From: an uncultured bacterium
GTDB lineage: Bacteria; Patescibacteriota; Minisyncoccia; Phycocordibacterales; UBA918
Direction of reading: 5' to 3'
DNA length: 64,000 bases
Assembly (NCBI GenBank): GCA_950073265.1
Contig: CATMPJ010000002.1
Location: 2,638 to 66,637 of the forward strand
Shown: positions 39,324 through 48,921 of the stretch, piece after piece
Position numbering within the stretch: position 1 is the stretch's first letter
Layout: every line of letters starts with the position of its first letter
Made by a program: the position numbers and the translations under genes
Notes under the pieces: generated by a model
What the model saw: the letters and a program-made list of their open reading frames with translations, nothing else
What the model was told of the DNA's origin: nothing
Databases searched by the model: none

Positions 39324-41756
39324 ATGACACACAATATTACAGATCTTGTAAAAGCACACGGCAAGGTCTTACTCGCCTTTATTGCTGGCGTACTTCTTAC
39401 CTTTGCGGCCGTAGTGACAGTAAATACTGCCCTGGCTGCAACAACAGTTATTGGCCCAGACAGCCCTACTTTGACTGGGAGTAACGCGTATGAGTCCGGT
39501 ACTGGAGATGCGAGTGGACTTACGAACCTCACTCTCACCTTTGACTACGACGCTACTGCTCTTGATGGTGATGCTAGTGATCAGTTTGTGTATGGTTGGA
39601 AAAGTGATCTGACTAATGAAGAGGTGGTACTGGATACAATTAGTGGAGAGAGTGGTGATGCACCATCAGGGTCAGTCGATGTAGATTTGCCCACTTCTGC
39701 ACAAGTGAGTGATTTACAAATATTCGCCTCTTCCTCTGTGGACGCGGCAAACGATGAAGTTGTAATTACTAATCTGATCGTTAGTGGGGAGGTTGATACA
39801 GGCTCAGACCCAACTCTCGAGTCAGTTTCACCAGCAGCAGGAGCGTACGAAATTACTCTAGGTGATAATTTTGTCTGGACGGTATATGCGGATGATGTTG
39901 ATGGTGATCTCTACGAACTTGAGATCGACCACAGCCTTGAGGGTACGATACCTGAGTTTAGTGTATACGCGAGTGCCACTGATCCATACGGAGGAGACGA
40001 AGCAGAGTTCAGTGCCGCTGGTGTTACTGTAACGTACGATGAATCTGAACAGTCGTGGACAATCGATTTCGGAGAAACTGTTACCGATCTGTTTGTTAAC
40101 AACGGAATTACCTTCTTCATTGTCCTCAAAGATAATGAAGGAAATCAGTTTGGTTCTATGGACCCTACCACTAGCGACAATACCTTCGCGTACACTTTAA
40201 CTCGCGAAGCACTTGATACCTGTGAAGGTCCTGATCATTCTGTTGATTCAGGGAGTATAAGCAATACAGATACTGGCGAAGAGTTCGACACCATCCAAAA
40301 CGCGATTGATGACTGTGACACAGATGATGGAGATACAATTGAAGTCAACGGAACTACTCACGAGGAAGATGTGAATGTGACCAAGAGTGTAACACTGGAC
40401 GGTTTAGGACGATCTGCGACAATCAATGGGCAGATCACCATTCAGTCAGAAGGAGTTACTATTCAAAACTTTAATCTTACCAATCCAGGTGGATTGAAAG
40501 CTGTGTTATTAAATGGTTATGGAACTGCCGCCATCTCTGGTAATAGTTTTGTAAACGTAGGTAGCGAAGCTGGTGTAAGCGGTACCGTACATGCTTTCTG
40601 GTTCCAAGACGGATTAGATGACGTTAGTGATATCAGCATCACCAACAACATCTTTGACACAATTGGACATGCTCAAGGAGCTTCTGCTAGTGCGATTGGA
40701 ATTGGCGACTCCACTGGAGACGCGACAATTACGGACGTAACAATTTCTGGCAATAACATTTCTAATGTGGTGGCAAAGCACGACAGCAACTACTCTAACG
40801 GCGGGCGAGGTGTCTACGGAATCATCCTTAACCATGCTGATGCAGGTGGCGGACATGATGGTGCGGTAATAGATGCGTTAATCACTGACAACACCATTAA
40901 CAATCTTGAGGGTCTTTGGGTTCACGCTATTGGGTTAGAAGGAAATACTCCAAATGCTGTAGTGACCGGTAATGACATCTCAGATCTGTTCGAACACAAG
41001 CTGGCACTAGAGGGTGTGCAAGATGGAATCGGAGTATTTATTGAAGACAATGCTAGTGCTGCAAGCGTGTCGATTTCAGGGAATAATTTCGTAACTGATT
41101 CGAGTTGGTTTGGTGTAGCGGTGCACCCAAATGAAGTTGGTGATTATATACTCGATGCGGAAGAGAATTGGTGGAACACTACTTCTACCAGCACAATCGA
41201 AGAACGCATTTACGCGCCGGACGGTATTACCATTGACTATGAACCGTGGCTCTGTGAAGAAGCTCCAAGTAGCAATATCTCGGAAGATGGAAGTTGTGAT
41301 GATGTTGGAGAAGAAGTCGAAGAGGAGGAAGAATCTTCTTCAAGCAGCTCTGGCGGTACTCGCACGAGAGGCGGAAGTGGTGGTTCTAACAACAATGGTG
41401 CTCCAACCCCACAGGTATTAGGTGTTTCCACCAGTGCAGTTGGCCAATGCGGCATGCTGCTCACCACTTATATGAGCGCTGGTATGGCGAACAACACTTG
41501 GGAAGTGATGAAATTACAGGCGTTCTTGGTTGGTCAGGGATACTTTAGTGTAAAGATGACCGGTGTGTTCGATGCCGAGACTGATGCTGCAGTTAAGCTA
41601 TACCAAGCAGCGCATAGCGAAGAAATCCTCCAGCCATGGATAGATGCTGGACTAGTTACTGAACTGCCGCCAAATGGAAATGTGTACTCGTTCACTCGTT
41701 GGCATATCAATAACACCGTATGTCCAGGTGGTGAGATGCGACCAGTTCTAAACTAA
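39324..41756 (+). CDS. large acidic surface protein: Ig-like domains, parallel beta-helix, C-terminal PG-binding-like domain
   Basis: TIQNAID, repeated ISGNN.SN, Ser/Gly linker, PQVLG, EV.KLQ.FL..TG.FD..T.AAV..YQ. Confidence 0.8.
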   Translation: MTHNITDLVKAHGKVLLAFIAGVLLTFAAVVTVNTALAATTVIGPDSPTLTGSNAYESGTGDASGLTNLTLTFDYDATALDGDASDQFVYGWKSDLTNEEVVLDTISGESGDAPSGSVDVDLPTSAQVSDLQIFASSSVDAANDEVVITNLIVSGEVDTGSDPTLESVSPAAGAYEITLGDNFVWTVYADDVDGDLYELEIDHSLEGTIPEFSVYASATDPYGGDEAEFSAAGVTVTYDESEQSWTIDFGETVTDLFVNNGITFFIVLKDNEGNQFGSMDPTTSDNTFAYTLTREALDTCEGPDHSVDSGSISNTDTGEEFDTIQNAIDDCDTDDGDTIEVNGTTHEEDVNVTKSVTLDGLGRSATINGQITIQSEGVTIQNFNLTNPGGLKAVLLNGYGTAAISGNSFVNVGSEAGVSGTVHAFWFQDGLDDVSDISITNNIFDTIGHAQGASASAIGIGDSTGDATITDVTISGNNISNVVAKHDSNYSNGGRGVYGIILNHADAGGGHDGAVIDALITDNTINNLEGLWVHAIGLEGNTPNAVVTGNDISDLFEHKLALEGVQDGIGVFIEDNASAASVSISGNNFVTDSSWFGVAVHPNEVGDYILDAEENWWNTTSTSTIEERIYAPDGITIDYEPWLCEEAPSSNISEDGSCDDVGEEVEEEEESSSSSSGGTRTRGGSGGSNNNGAPTPQVLGVSTSAVGQCGMLLTTYMSAGMANNTWEVMKLQAFLVGQGYFSVKMTGVFDAETDAAVKLYQAAHSEEILQPWIDAGLVTELPPNGNVYSFTRWHINNTVCPGGEMRPVLN

Positions 41757-41770
41757 TCTCAATTTAGCCC

Positions 41771-41798
41771 AAAAAATCCCCTCATGCGGGGATTTTTT
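41771..41798 (+). terminator. intrinsic terminator
   Basis: AAAAAATCCCC...GGGGATTTTTT. Confidence 0.8.
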
Positions 41799-41844
41799 GA
41801 TTAACATGGTGATATTGACAATTTACATATAGTTTTGTATTATC

Positions 41845-42999
41845 ATGACATACAACTATATGCAATACGCACCTGACAAATTGCAGAAAATCGCTCTCGG
41901 TTTGATGGGCGGCTTGGTGGTGTTGACGTTCATGCTCGCTAACGCACATGCACTGTTGTGGCAATCCTCAGATTGGTTGGTTGGCGCGGTACTGCCTAGT
42001 ACGGTCGTTCAACTTACCAATGAAGAGCGAAGTGATAATAATGCCTCGCCATTGCTTCGCAATGCCACTCTTGATGCAGCTGCCGCGATGAAAGCAGAAC
42101 ATATGGCACGGAATGGCTATTTTGCTCACTTTGCGCCTGACGGCACCTCTCCTTGGTACTGGTTTGACCAGGCTGGCTATGTGTATGCACACGCTGGAGA
42201 AAATTTAGCTATTCATTTCACTGATTCAGACGAGGTTGTTGATGCGTGGATGAATTCTCCAACGCACCGGGCGAATATTGTTGACTCAAAATTCACAGAA
42301 ATCGGTGTTGGTACGGCAAAAGGTAAATTTAATGGTCACAACACAGTGTACGTTGTGCAGCTGTTTGGTACTCCGGCATACATCCCACCTACGCCAGTAG
42401 CTCAAACACCTCCACCAGCTCAGGTTGCAGTGGTTACGCCTGAGCCTGCAACTGTGGTCGTCGAGCAGCCTGAATCAACTGCTGTCTTAGCGGCTGAAGA
42501 TAATACGGCAACTCCAGTGGGAGCAACGGCAGCAGAAGAGCCTGAAAATGTGAGTGTGACTGAGCCAGAGACAACACAAGCTGCCAGCGAATCAGAAGCA
42601 AGTTCTCCGCAAGCTATAGCGCAAGAATCTGAAGCAATGTCAGGTACGGCAGCAAATGTGCCAGCAGTGCCGGCAGAATTGGCCGCCCAGCCTACTTCGC
42701 TCCAAATGTCTATGATGAGCATATCTTCAGGCTTGGCCGCTGCAAATTCTGTTCCTGAAGCACAAGAATCCGCACAAGAAGTATCATTTTTATCTTTAGC
42801 AACACAGCCAAATACGGTTCTGCAAGTTTCGTACACGCTAATCGCCTTGGCGGTGTTTGTGCTGCTCATCCTTTCGTTTGTTAATGAGCTCAAACACGCT
42901 CATCCAGTCCAGATGGCATACAGCGTGGCTCTTCTCCTGCTTATGGTTGGCTTGTATCAGCTTCATGCCACTTTGACTCAGGGTGCTATAATAGTCTAA
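41845..42999 (+). CDS. CAP (SCP) domain membrane protein
   Basis: LTNEER, AA..KA.HM..YFAH, GENLA, WMNSPTHRANI, EIGVG; Pro/Ala/Glu linker and two C-terminal TMs. Confidence 0.9.
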   Translation: MTYNYMQYAPDKLQKIALGLMGGLVVLTFMLANAHALLWQSSDWLVGAVLPSTVVQLTNEERSDNNASPLLRNATLDAAAAMKAEHMARNGYFAHFAPDGTSPWYWFDQAGYVYAHAGENLAIHFTDSDEVVDAWMNSPTHRANIVDSKFTEIGVGTAKGKFNGHNTVYVVQLFGTPAYIPPTPVAQTPPPAQVAVVTPEPATVVVEQPESTAVLAAEDNTATPVGATAAEEPENVSVTEPETTQAASESEASSPQAIAQESEAMSGTAANVPAVPAELAAQPTSLQMSMMSISSGLAAANSVPEAQESAQEVSFLSLATQPNTVLQVSYTLIALAVFVLLILSFVNELKHAHPVQMAYSVALLLLMVGLYQLHATLTQGAIIV

Positions 43000-43436
43000 T
43001 GAATACAAAAGTAGTCTTTGTACCTGCAAATACTGAAGCGACAGAGATTAAAAACCAGCCGCTGTACGCTTCGCGTACAGCGGCTGGTTTTGGGGTGCCA
43101 GGCGACGATACTATCGAAGATTCACTCAACCTACACGACTATTTAGTCAAAAATCCCACCGCAACCTTTTTTGTGCGTGTAACGGGAGATTCAATGGAAG
43201 GGGCAAAAATATTTGACGATGACGTACTGGTAGTCGATAGATCTCTCACACCGAAACATGGTCGAATCGTGGTTGCTGCTGTGTCTGGGGAATTGTTGGT
43301 CAAACGCTTACATGAATCTAAACAAGGAATATTTCTGATATCTGAAAATGAAGGATATGAACCGATTCCGCTTACTAATGACACAGAATGTTACATCTGG
43401 GGCGTCGTCTGTGGTACGGCGCGAAAGCTGGGGTGA
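42999..43436 (+). CDS. umuD: UmuD (S24 autopeptidase, Pol V subunit)
   Basis: AAGF cleavage site, VRVTGDSM, VVDRS, VKRL, WGVV. Confidence 0.9.
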   Translation: MNTKVVFVPANTEATEIKNQPLYASRTAAGFGVPGDDTIEDSLNLHDYLVKNPTATFFVRVTGDSMEGAKIFDDDVLVVDRSLTPKHGRIVVAAVSGELLVKRLHESKQGIFLISENEGYEPIPLTNDTECYIWGVVCGTARKLG

Positions 43437-43485
43437 ACATGTTTGTTTGACGTAAGACAAGCGCAACGACCACGTCATAACTAGT

Positions 43486-44688
43486 ATGAAAATCACAACC
43501 GCATCATATTTAAACTGGCTGTTTTTAGCCCTGATTGCCGTACTCGGCTATTTATTCGCTCCATCCCAAGCGGCAGCCGCCGAACCAAAGGTTGCTGGCT
43601 GGATACCATACTGGGCGGCTGAAGCTGGGATTGAGAGTGCTATTGAAAATATAGATAAACTCGATACCATTCATCCTTTCGTATATGAGGTGACAGCAAA
43701 TGGAACGCTGGTCAATAAAGTTGATTTTGATGATTCTGAGTGGGAAGACTTATTTGAAGCAGCGGAAGAAAACGATGTTGAAATTATTCCAACTGTAGCG
43801 TGGTTTGATGGTGCTGCCATTCACAACACATTGAGTAATAAGTCAAAGCGAAAGAAGCACGTTGCGGCTATCGAAAAGGAGTTTGATCGTTATGATTTTG
43901 ATGGAATTGATATTGACTATGAAGGCAAAAAGGCTGATACCATCGACGACTTTTCAACCTTCCTCAAAGAGCTTAATAAGGCCCTTGGTAAAGGAACGCT
44001 TACTTGCACTGTAGAAGCACGTACCCCAGCAGATTCGCTTTATCGTGACGTACCAAAGAATATTAAGTACGCCAATGATTACGACAAAATGAATGAATAT
44101 TGCGACCGTATTGAAATCATGGCGTACGATCAGCAACGCGCAGACTTAAAGCTAAACGATAAACGACGCGGTGTTCCGTACATGCCGGTAGCTGATGAAG
44201 AGTGGGTAGAAAAGGTGCTTGATCTAGCGGTTGAAGATATTGATGAAGATAAAATAATGCTCGGTGTGGCAACCTATGGCCGAGCTTGGGATGTTACAGT
44301 GGCACCAGAATGGTACAAAGACTATACTAAAGTGGCTACCTTAAACAATCCTCGCATTCAGGAGTTGTCAAAAATATACAAAGCACCGATTGGTCGCACC
44401 GCCGGCGGAGAAGCGATTATTAGCTACTTCCCAGAAGATTCTGTCTACAAAGTATTTAACGCCTTACCAACCCCAACAGGCACTCCTAAAGGCTATGAGG
44501 CAGCTGCTAAGGCACTTTTAGTAGCAAATATGGCCAAGATTGAATTGCCAGTTCGAATCGTGGTCTGGGATGATGCAGAAGCTATGGAAGACAAGCTTGA
44601 TATCGTAGAAAAGTACAACCTCCGGGGTACATCAATCTTTAAGATAGACGGAGAAGAGGATCCTGGTATCTGGAAACTGTTGAAGTAA
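43486..44688 (+). CDS. secreted glycoside hydrolase family 18
   Basis: Signal peptide, FDGIDIDYE (DxDxE), IMAYD, GV..YG. Confidence 0.9.
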   Translation: MKITTASYLNWLFLALIAVLGYLFAPSQAAAAEPKVAGWIPYWAAEAGIESAIENIDKLDTIHPFVYEVTANGTLVNKVDFDDSEWEDLFEAAEENDVEIIPTVAWFDGAAIHNTLSNKSKRKKHVAAIEKEFDRYDFDGIDIDYEGKKADTIDDFSTFLKELNKALGKGTLTCTVEARTPADSLYRDVPKNIKYANDYDKMNEYCDRIEIMAYDQQRADLKLNDKRRGVPYMPVADEEWVEKVLDLAVEDIDEDKIMLGVATYGRAWDVTVAPEWYKDYTKVATLNNPRIQELSKIYKAPIGRTAGGEAIISYFPEDSVYKVFNALPTPTGTPKGYEAAAKALLVANMAKIELPVRIVVWDDAEAMEDKLDIVEKYNLRGTSIFKIDGEEDPGIWKLLK

Positions 44689-44695
44689 TAAAACC

Positions 44696-44718
44696 AAAAC
44701 CGCCGTGTGGCGGTTTTT
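44696..44718 (+). terminator. intrinsic terminator
   Basis: AAAACCGCC-GTGT-GGCGGTTTTT. Confidence 0.8.
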
Positions 44719-44737
44719 ACTTGATATAATTACTGAC

Positions 44738-45991
44738 ATGAAACAACAGTGGGTGGGGCTCTTAGATTGCAACAATTTCTTCGTATCATGTGAGCGACTG
44801 TTTCGCCCTGATCTTGAGAACAAGCCGGTTGCCGTACTCTCCTCAAACGACGGCTGTATCGTTGCACGCAGCCAAGAGATAAAAGACATGGAAATACCAA
44901 TGGGTGTCCCTTATTTCCAAGTAAAGGACATATTAAAGACAAATAATGCAGTAGTATTTTCTGGCAACCATCGTCTGTATCGAACTATTTCAAAACGTGT
45001 GTTTGCTACGATGGAAACGGTTCAAAATCCCATAGAACAATACTCAGTCGACGAAGCTTTTTTTTATTTTTTCGGTACTGAAGAAGAAGCGAGACAGCAG
45101 ATATTGATGATAAAAGAGACGGTGGAGAAAGAGGTGGGGGTGCCAGTTTCAGTCGGCATAAGTTTGTCAAAGACATTGGCTAAAGTAGCAAACGAGATGA
45201 ATAAGAAAACAACGGGTCTAAAGTTGCTAGATTTTGAAGAATGGTCTCAAATTAACCTTTCGTACCCACTAGCTTCAATCTGGGGAATTGGTCGTAACTT
45301 TTCCAAACGATTGCGAGAAGATGGGTTAATCTCAGTGTCAGATTTTTTGGCAGCAGACCCTGGCCGGGTGCGCAGATTGTATGGAGTGGTGGGAGAAAGA
45401 ATCAGACAAGAATTACAAGGAATAAGTGTTCTCTCCGCTAAAAATCGAGAGCTCAAGCAGAGTATCATGAGCTCTCGATCTTTTGGCAAAGAAACTATAG
45501 CTCTCTCTGTATTAGAAGAAGCGATTTCTTATCATGTGGAGCAAGTGTCATATGATCTGCGACAAGCTGGAGCGTGCGCAACCAAGGTTGCTGTGTTTAT
45601 TTCGCCCAGTAGACACGGTGATTTTGTTTTACAAAGTCGATACGGTGAACGAGATTTCTTAGCGCCTATCTCAACCACTAGAGATATTGGGGTAATAGCG
45701 ATACAACTACTGCGTGAATTGTATGTCACCGGTGTTCCTTATAAGAAAGCAGGGGTACGAGTAAGTGGCATCCAGCCTTTTGCCGTCCAACAGTTATCTT
45801 TGTTTACACCAGTGGCCAAAAAAATACCAGATCCACTTCAATCTACTATTGATGTAGTGAATAGACGTTTTAAAACCGGACGTATCCATCAAGGGTTTCT
45901 GGAAGGTGCACGAAAGTATAGTGCCATAGCAAATCAACAGTCACCGGCTTATACAACATCTTGGGGAGAATTACCGGTCGTAAAAGCATAA
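44738..45991 (+). CDS. umuC: Y-family DNA polymerase V catalytic subunit
   Basis: DCNNFFVSCER, LSSNDGC, YSVDEAF, SRSFG, YKKAGV, SP.YTT.W. Confidence 0.93.
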   Translation: MKQQWVGLLDCNNFFVSCERLFRPDLENKPVAVLSSNDGCIVARSQEIKDMEIPMGVPYFQVKDILKTNNAVVFSGNHRLYRTISKRVFATMETVQNPIEQYSVDEAFFYFFGTEEEARQQILMIKETVEKEVGVPVSVGISLSKTLAKVANEMNKKTTGLKLLDFEEWSQINLSYPLASIWGIGRNFSKRLREDGLISVSDFLAADPGRVRRLYGVVGERIRQELQGISVLSAKNRELKQSIMSSRSFGKETIALSVLEEAISYHVEQVSYDLRQAGACATKVAVFISPSRHGDFVLQSRYGERDFLAPISTTRDIGVIAIQLLRELYVTGVPYKKAGVRVSGIQPFAVQQLSLFTPVAKKIPDPLQSTIDVVNRRFKTGRIHQGFLEGARKYSAIANQQSPAYTTSWGELPVVKA

Positions 45992-46159
45992 TATTTTTGT
46001 AAACGACGCTTGTACTTTAGAAAAAATTACGGTCACGTCCGTAATAAGCTTAGAAAAGCTTTTAAAAACTTGCATATATTAAAGACCAAAAGTCATCAGA
46101 TGTGGGTTATCAACAGATTCTTTTGAGACCTTTATAAATTGAGCACGTATAATCCCAGG

Positions 46160-46362
46160 TAGACGGTCCTAAACTATGCTTATACACCGCTTGGTAAGGC
46201 TACCAATTTTTAACAAGCTAGGTTGTGTATCTCCACAAAATAGTTAAGATCGGACAGGTTGGTTTTGCGCCTTATTAAACCTGTAGAGTGAGAAAGCCCA
46301 GTGTTTTATAAAGTCGAGGTTAGTTAAAACTAGTCTTAATACGTATCAGTTGGTATGAGTAT
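46160..46362 (+). ncRNA. candidate long structured leader RNA
   Basis: TATAAT at 46148-46153; nested helices 46164-77/46240-52, 46182-87/46225-30, 46189-93/46214-18; hairpins 46254-84 and 46318-37. Confidence 0.45.
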
Positions 46363-47439
46363 ATGCGCCTAATTTTTTCTACACCTCAACTTTTTCTGCT
46401 ATTTATTTTGAGCATTGCGATTTTCTTTTTCGGAAACGCACAAATGATCCTGGCAGAAACAGCAGATACGGTTGGGGTTAGTATATCGCCTACGCTTATT
46501 GAAGAGACACAATTGCCAGGTTCAATAGGGCAGTACTCAATTTCCATAAACAACGAAACTCAGGTTGAACAAACATATACTATTTCTGCAAAGAGCGTCA
46601 GAGGGATGGATTCTTCTGGCAATCCTATTTTTTCTGAATACGGAGTAAATGGTTTTGAGATTGCTGATTGGATAGACTTTAACAGTAGCCAAGTCTCGGT
46701 ACCAGCGGGTCAGAAGGAGGCGGTTAATTTCACTGTATCCGTTCCAGCCGACGCTGCGGCCGGGAGTCATATTGGGAGTGTTTTTGTCACGGCACAACCG
46801 CCGGAAATTGAAGGTAGTGGACTTGCAGTTGGATATAGTGTCGGAAACATTCTGCATCTCATCGTAGACGGAGAATCGACTACGACTGCTTCAGTAATAC
46901 GCTTTTCGACTGATAAGTACATATACGGATCAGCGCCGGTTAATTTTTCACTACAACTTGAAAATACTGGTACGATCTTAATCCGACCGCAAGGGGTGTT
47001 GGAGATTAGAGATATGTTGGGGAGAAGAGTAGAGGCACTTGCTACTAATAAGGAGCGTGTCGGTATATTGCCAGACAGCTTACGAATTTTCACAGTAGGT
47101 TGGGAAAAGCAACAGGTTGGTTTTGGTCGCTATACTGCGATCCTGACTATGTCATATGGTGATTTAGAGACACTAAGCACGCTCTCTGGCACCACTACGT
47201 TTTGGATTCTGCCTCCGCGGGTTATTCTGCCAGCCCTAATCGGCTGGGGAGTAACCTTATCGCTTTTACTTATTTTGCTTAAGATGTGTGGAAGAAAAAG
47301 AATGTCTTTACGCACATTTAGTCTGCAACGGGCAACGAAGCAGCGTAGAAAGAAGGTTTTACGAATTCTTATGTCGTTTGTTCTAATGGTTTTTGTTACC
47401 GTGCTCTACTTTATCGCGTTACTTTTTATTTTTAGCTAA
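46363..47439 (+). CDS. DUF916-like (WxL-partner-like) surface protein with C-terminal TMs
   Basis: Signal peptide, ISP, PG, I.N, WI....V.F.V.VP.DA..G.H.G, ENTG...PQG, G.Y.A, FWILP plus TMs. Confidence 0.75.
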   Translation: MRLIFSTPQLFLLFILSIAIFFFGNAQMILAETADTVGVSISPTLIEETQLPGSIGQYSISINNETQVEQTYTISAKSVRGMDSSGNPIFSEYGVNGFEIADWIDFNSSQVSVPAGQKEAVNFTVSVPADAAAGSHIGSVFVTAQPPEIEGSGLAVGYSVGNILHLIVDGESTTTASVIRFSTDKYIYGSAPVNFSLQLENTGTILIRPQGVLEIRDMLGRRVEALATNKERVGILPDSLRIFTVGWEKQQVGFGRYTAILTMSYGDLETLSTLSGTTTFWILPPRVILPALIGWGVTLSLLLILLKMCGRKRMSLRTFSLQRATKQRRKKVLRILMSFVLMVFVTVLYFIALLFIFS

Positions 47440-47512
47440 ACGAGCATGTGGGGCGTGCCTGTTGTGGGTAAAAATTTTTCAGATGCACATTCACACTATA
47501 TAATTAACACGT

Positions 47513-47983
47513 ATGTCCTTTCTACAACGAATCAAAAGTAAAAATATTCGAAGTGGAAACACTATTTCCTTGTCGAAGGATAAGCAAACCGAAGCAAATA
47601 CCGTCGCACAGCTGCATGTTGACGTGCATCAATCAGAGCAGATGACTGTTATATACGCTCAGTGCGCTGGTGCTGATATGAGTGATGTTCATATTTCTAT
47701 TGAAGGCGAGGGTAACATAATTTTGATTGAAGGTAAGAGAGTTCGGCCTGAATATATTGTTTTTAAAAAAAAGACTCATTCTGGGTCCTTTGTTGTTGAG
47801 GAGTGTAAGTGGGGAGAGTTTTATCGACGCATTATCTTACCAGACAGCGTAGACACCCAAAAAGCAGAAGCAAAAATAAAGAATGGTGTCCTCATTCTTG
47901 TCTTACCGACGCTCGAAAAGACTGAAGAAGATGTAACGCAAAGGGCGGTGAGTAAAGGTGCTTCACATAAAACAAAATTGTAG
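47513..47983 (+). CDS. Hsp20/alpha-crystallin family protein
   Basis: L.VDV, EC.WG.F.R.I.LP, A..KNGVL...LP. Confidence 0.9.
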   Translation: MSFLQRIKSKNIRSGNTISLSKDKQTEANTVAQLHVDVHQSEQMTVIYAQCAGADMSDVHISIEGEGNIILIEGKRVRPEYIVFKKKTHSGSFVVEECKWGEFYRRIILPDSVDTQKAEAKIKNGVLILVLPTLEKTEEDVTQRAVSKGASHKTKL

Positions 47984-47986
47984 TCT

Positions 47987-48562
47987 ATGAAAGTAATCTC
48001 ACAAAAAAACCAAAAATCATCTATGCAAAGAATAAGCATAGTACTCCTGTTTTTATGCTTCATGAGTGCAGCCCTCTCATATCCATTTTTCTCCGCCAAT
48101 TCACAAACTGAGTCTGATGCTGACTATTTCATTGTTGCAGAGTATAGGTCTTCTTCGTCTGAGGCTGTTGCCGGTGAATCAAAGATACCTACTGAAGAAG
48201 TGGTAGTGAGCAACAGTGCAACTCCACCAGAGCCAAAAGCACAGAATTACATGCATATTCTTACGGTATTGCTTTTGCTCGGTGTCATAGGGTTGTTACT
48301 TGTTTATATTCTATCTGTAAGGAACCTAACTCGTAGACGGGAACAAAGATTACAGGAGGAGGTAAAGGAGACTGCTAGTCAGGTGGGAAAAATTTTTTCA
48401 GCTTTACGAGATGAGATATATGATCAGATTGCGAACATGTATACACGAAAAAACTTAACAACTAAAGAGAAGGAGGTTATCACTGCACTCACTGAAGCAT
48501 TGGAGGTTTCAGAAATTTTGATTGACAAGGAAATAAGCGAAGTACGTACCACTGTTAAGTAA
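47987..48562 (+). CDS. hypothetical membrane protein with coiled-coil C-terminus
   Basis: Two hydrophobic segments and a helical C-terminus. Confidence 0.7.
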   Translation: MKVISQKNQKSSMQRISIVLLFLCFMSAALSYPFFSANSQTESDADYFIVAEYRSSSSEAVAGESKIPTEEVVVSNSATPPEPKAQNYMHILTVLLLLGVIGLLLVYILSVRNLTRRREQRLQEEVKETASQVGKIFSALRDEIYDQIANMYTRKNLTTKEKEVITALTEALEVSEILIDKEISEVRTTVK

Positions 48563-48663
48563 ATCTTCTTGGCTACGAGCACCGGAAATGTACCACGTGA
48601 AGCTGTCGGACGTTTTTTGTGCATAACCCACACCAGGCAAAAACCATACGACATATACTAAAC

Positions 48664-48921
48664 GTGTACCTGGAGAGGAAGTGAGATAATTAATGTCACT
48701 GTTCAGTTGTTGTCCCTTGAGATGGAATAGATTTTGCCTAACGCGGTCTATTTTTCACAAGCTGAAGCATCTGAAGGCACTTTAGCCGAGTGTTGCTTCA
48801 TCAGGTATGTAAGTGGCGCCATTTATGATGAGGTGTGGAGACTTTGTCACAAGGCTTGGGCACCTGCTCAACTAAGATATATTTCTTAGGCAAATCTTAC
48901 TAAATACAACGTAGAGTAAAT
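48664..48921 (+). ncRNA. candidate long structured leader RNA (multi-way junction)
   Basis: TATACT at 48654-48659; closing helix TACCTG/CAGGTA encloses three hairpins; several small hairpins follow. Confidence 0.5.

Noticed and set aside
48670-48808. Glycine riboswitch (GGAGAG...CTGAAGG...TCAGGTA words)
   Set aside because: Spacing and pairing do not fit the aptamer architecture, and the downstream gene is unrelated to glycine metabolism
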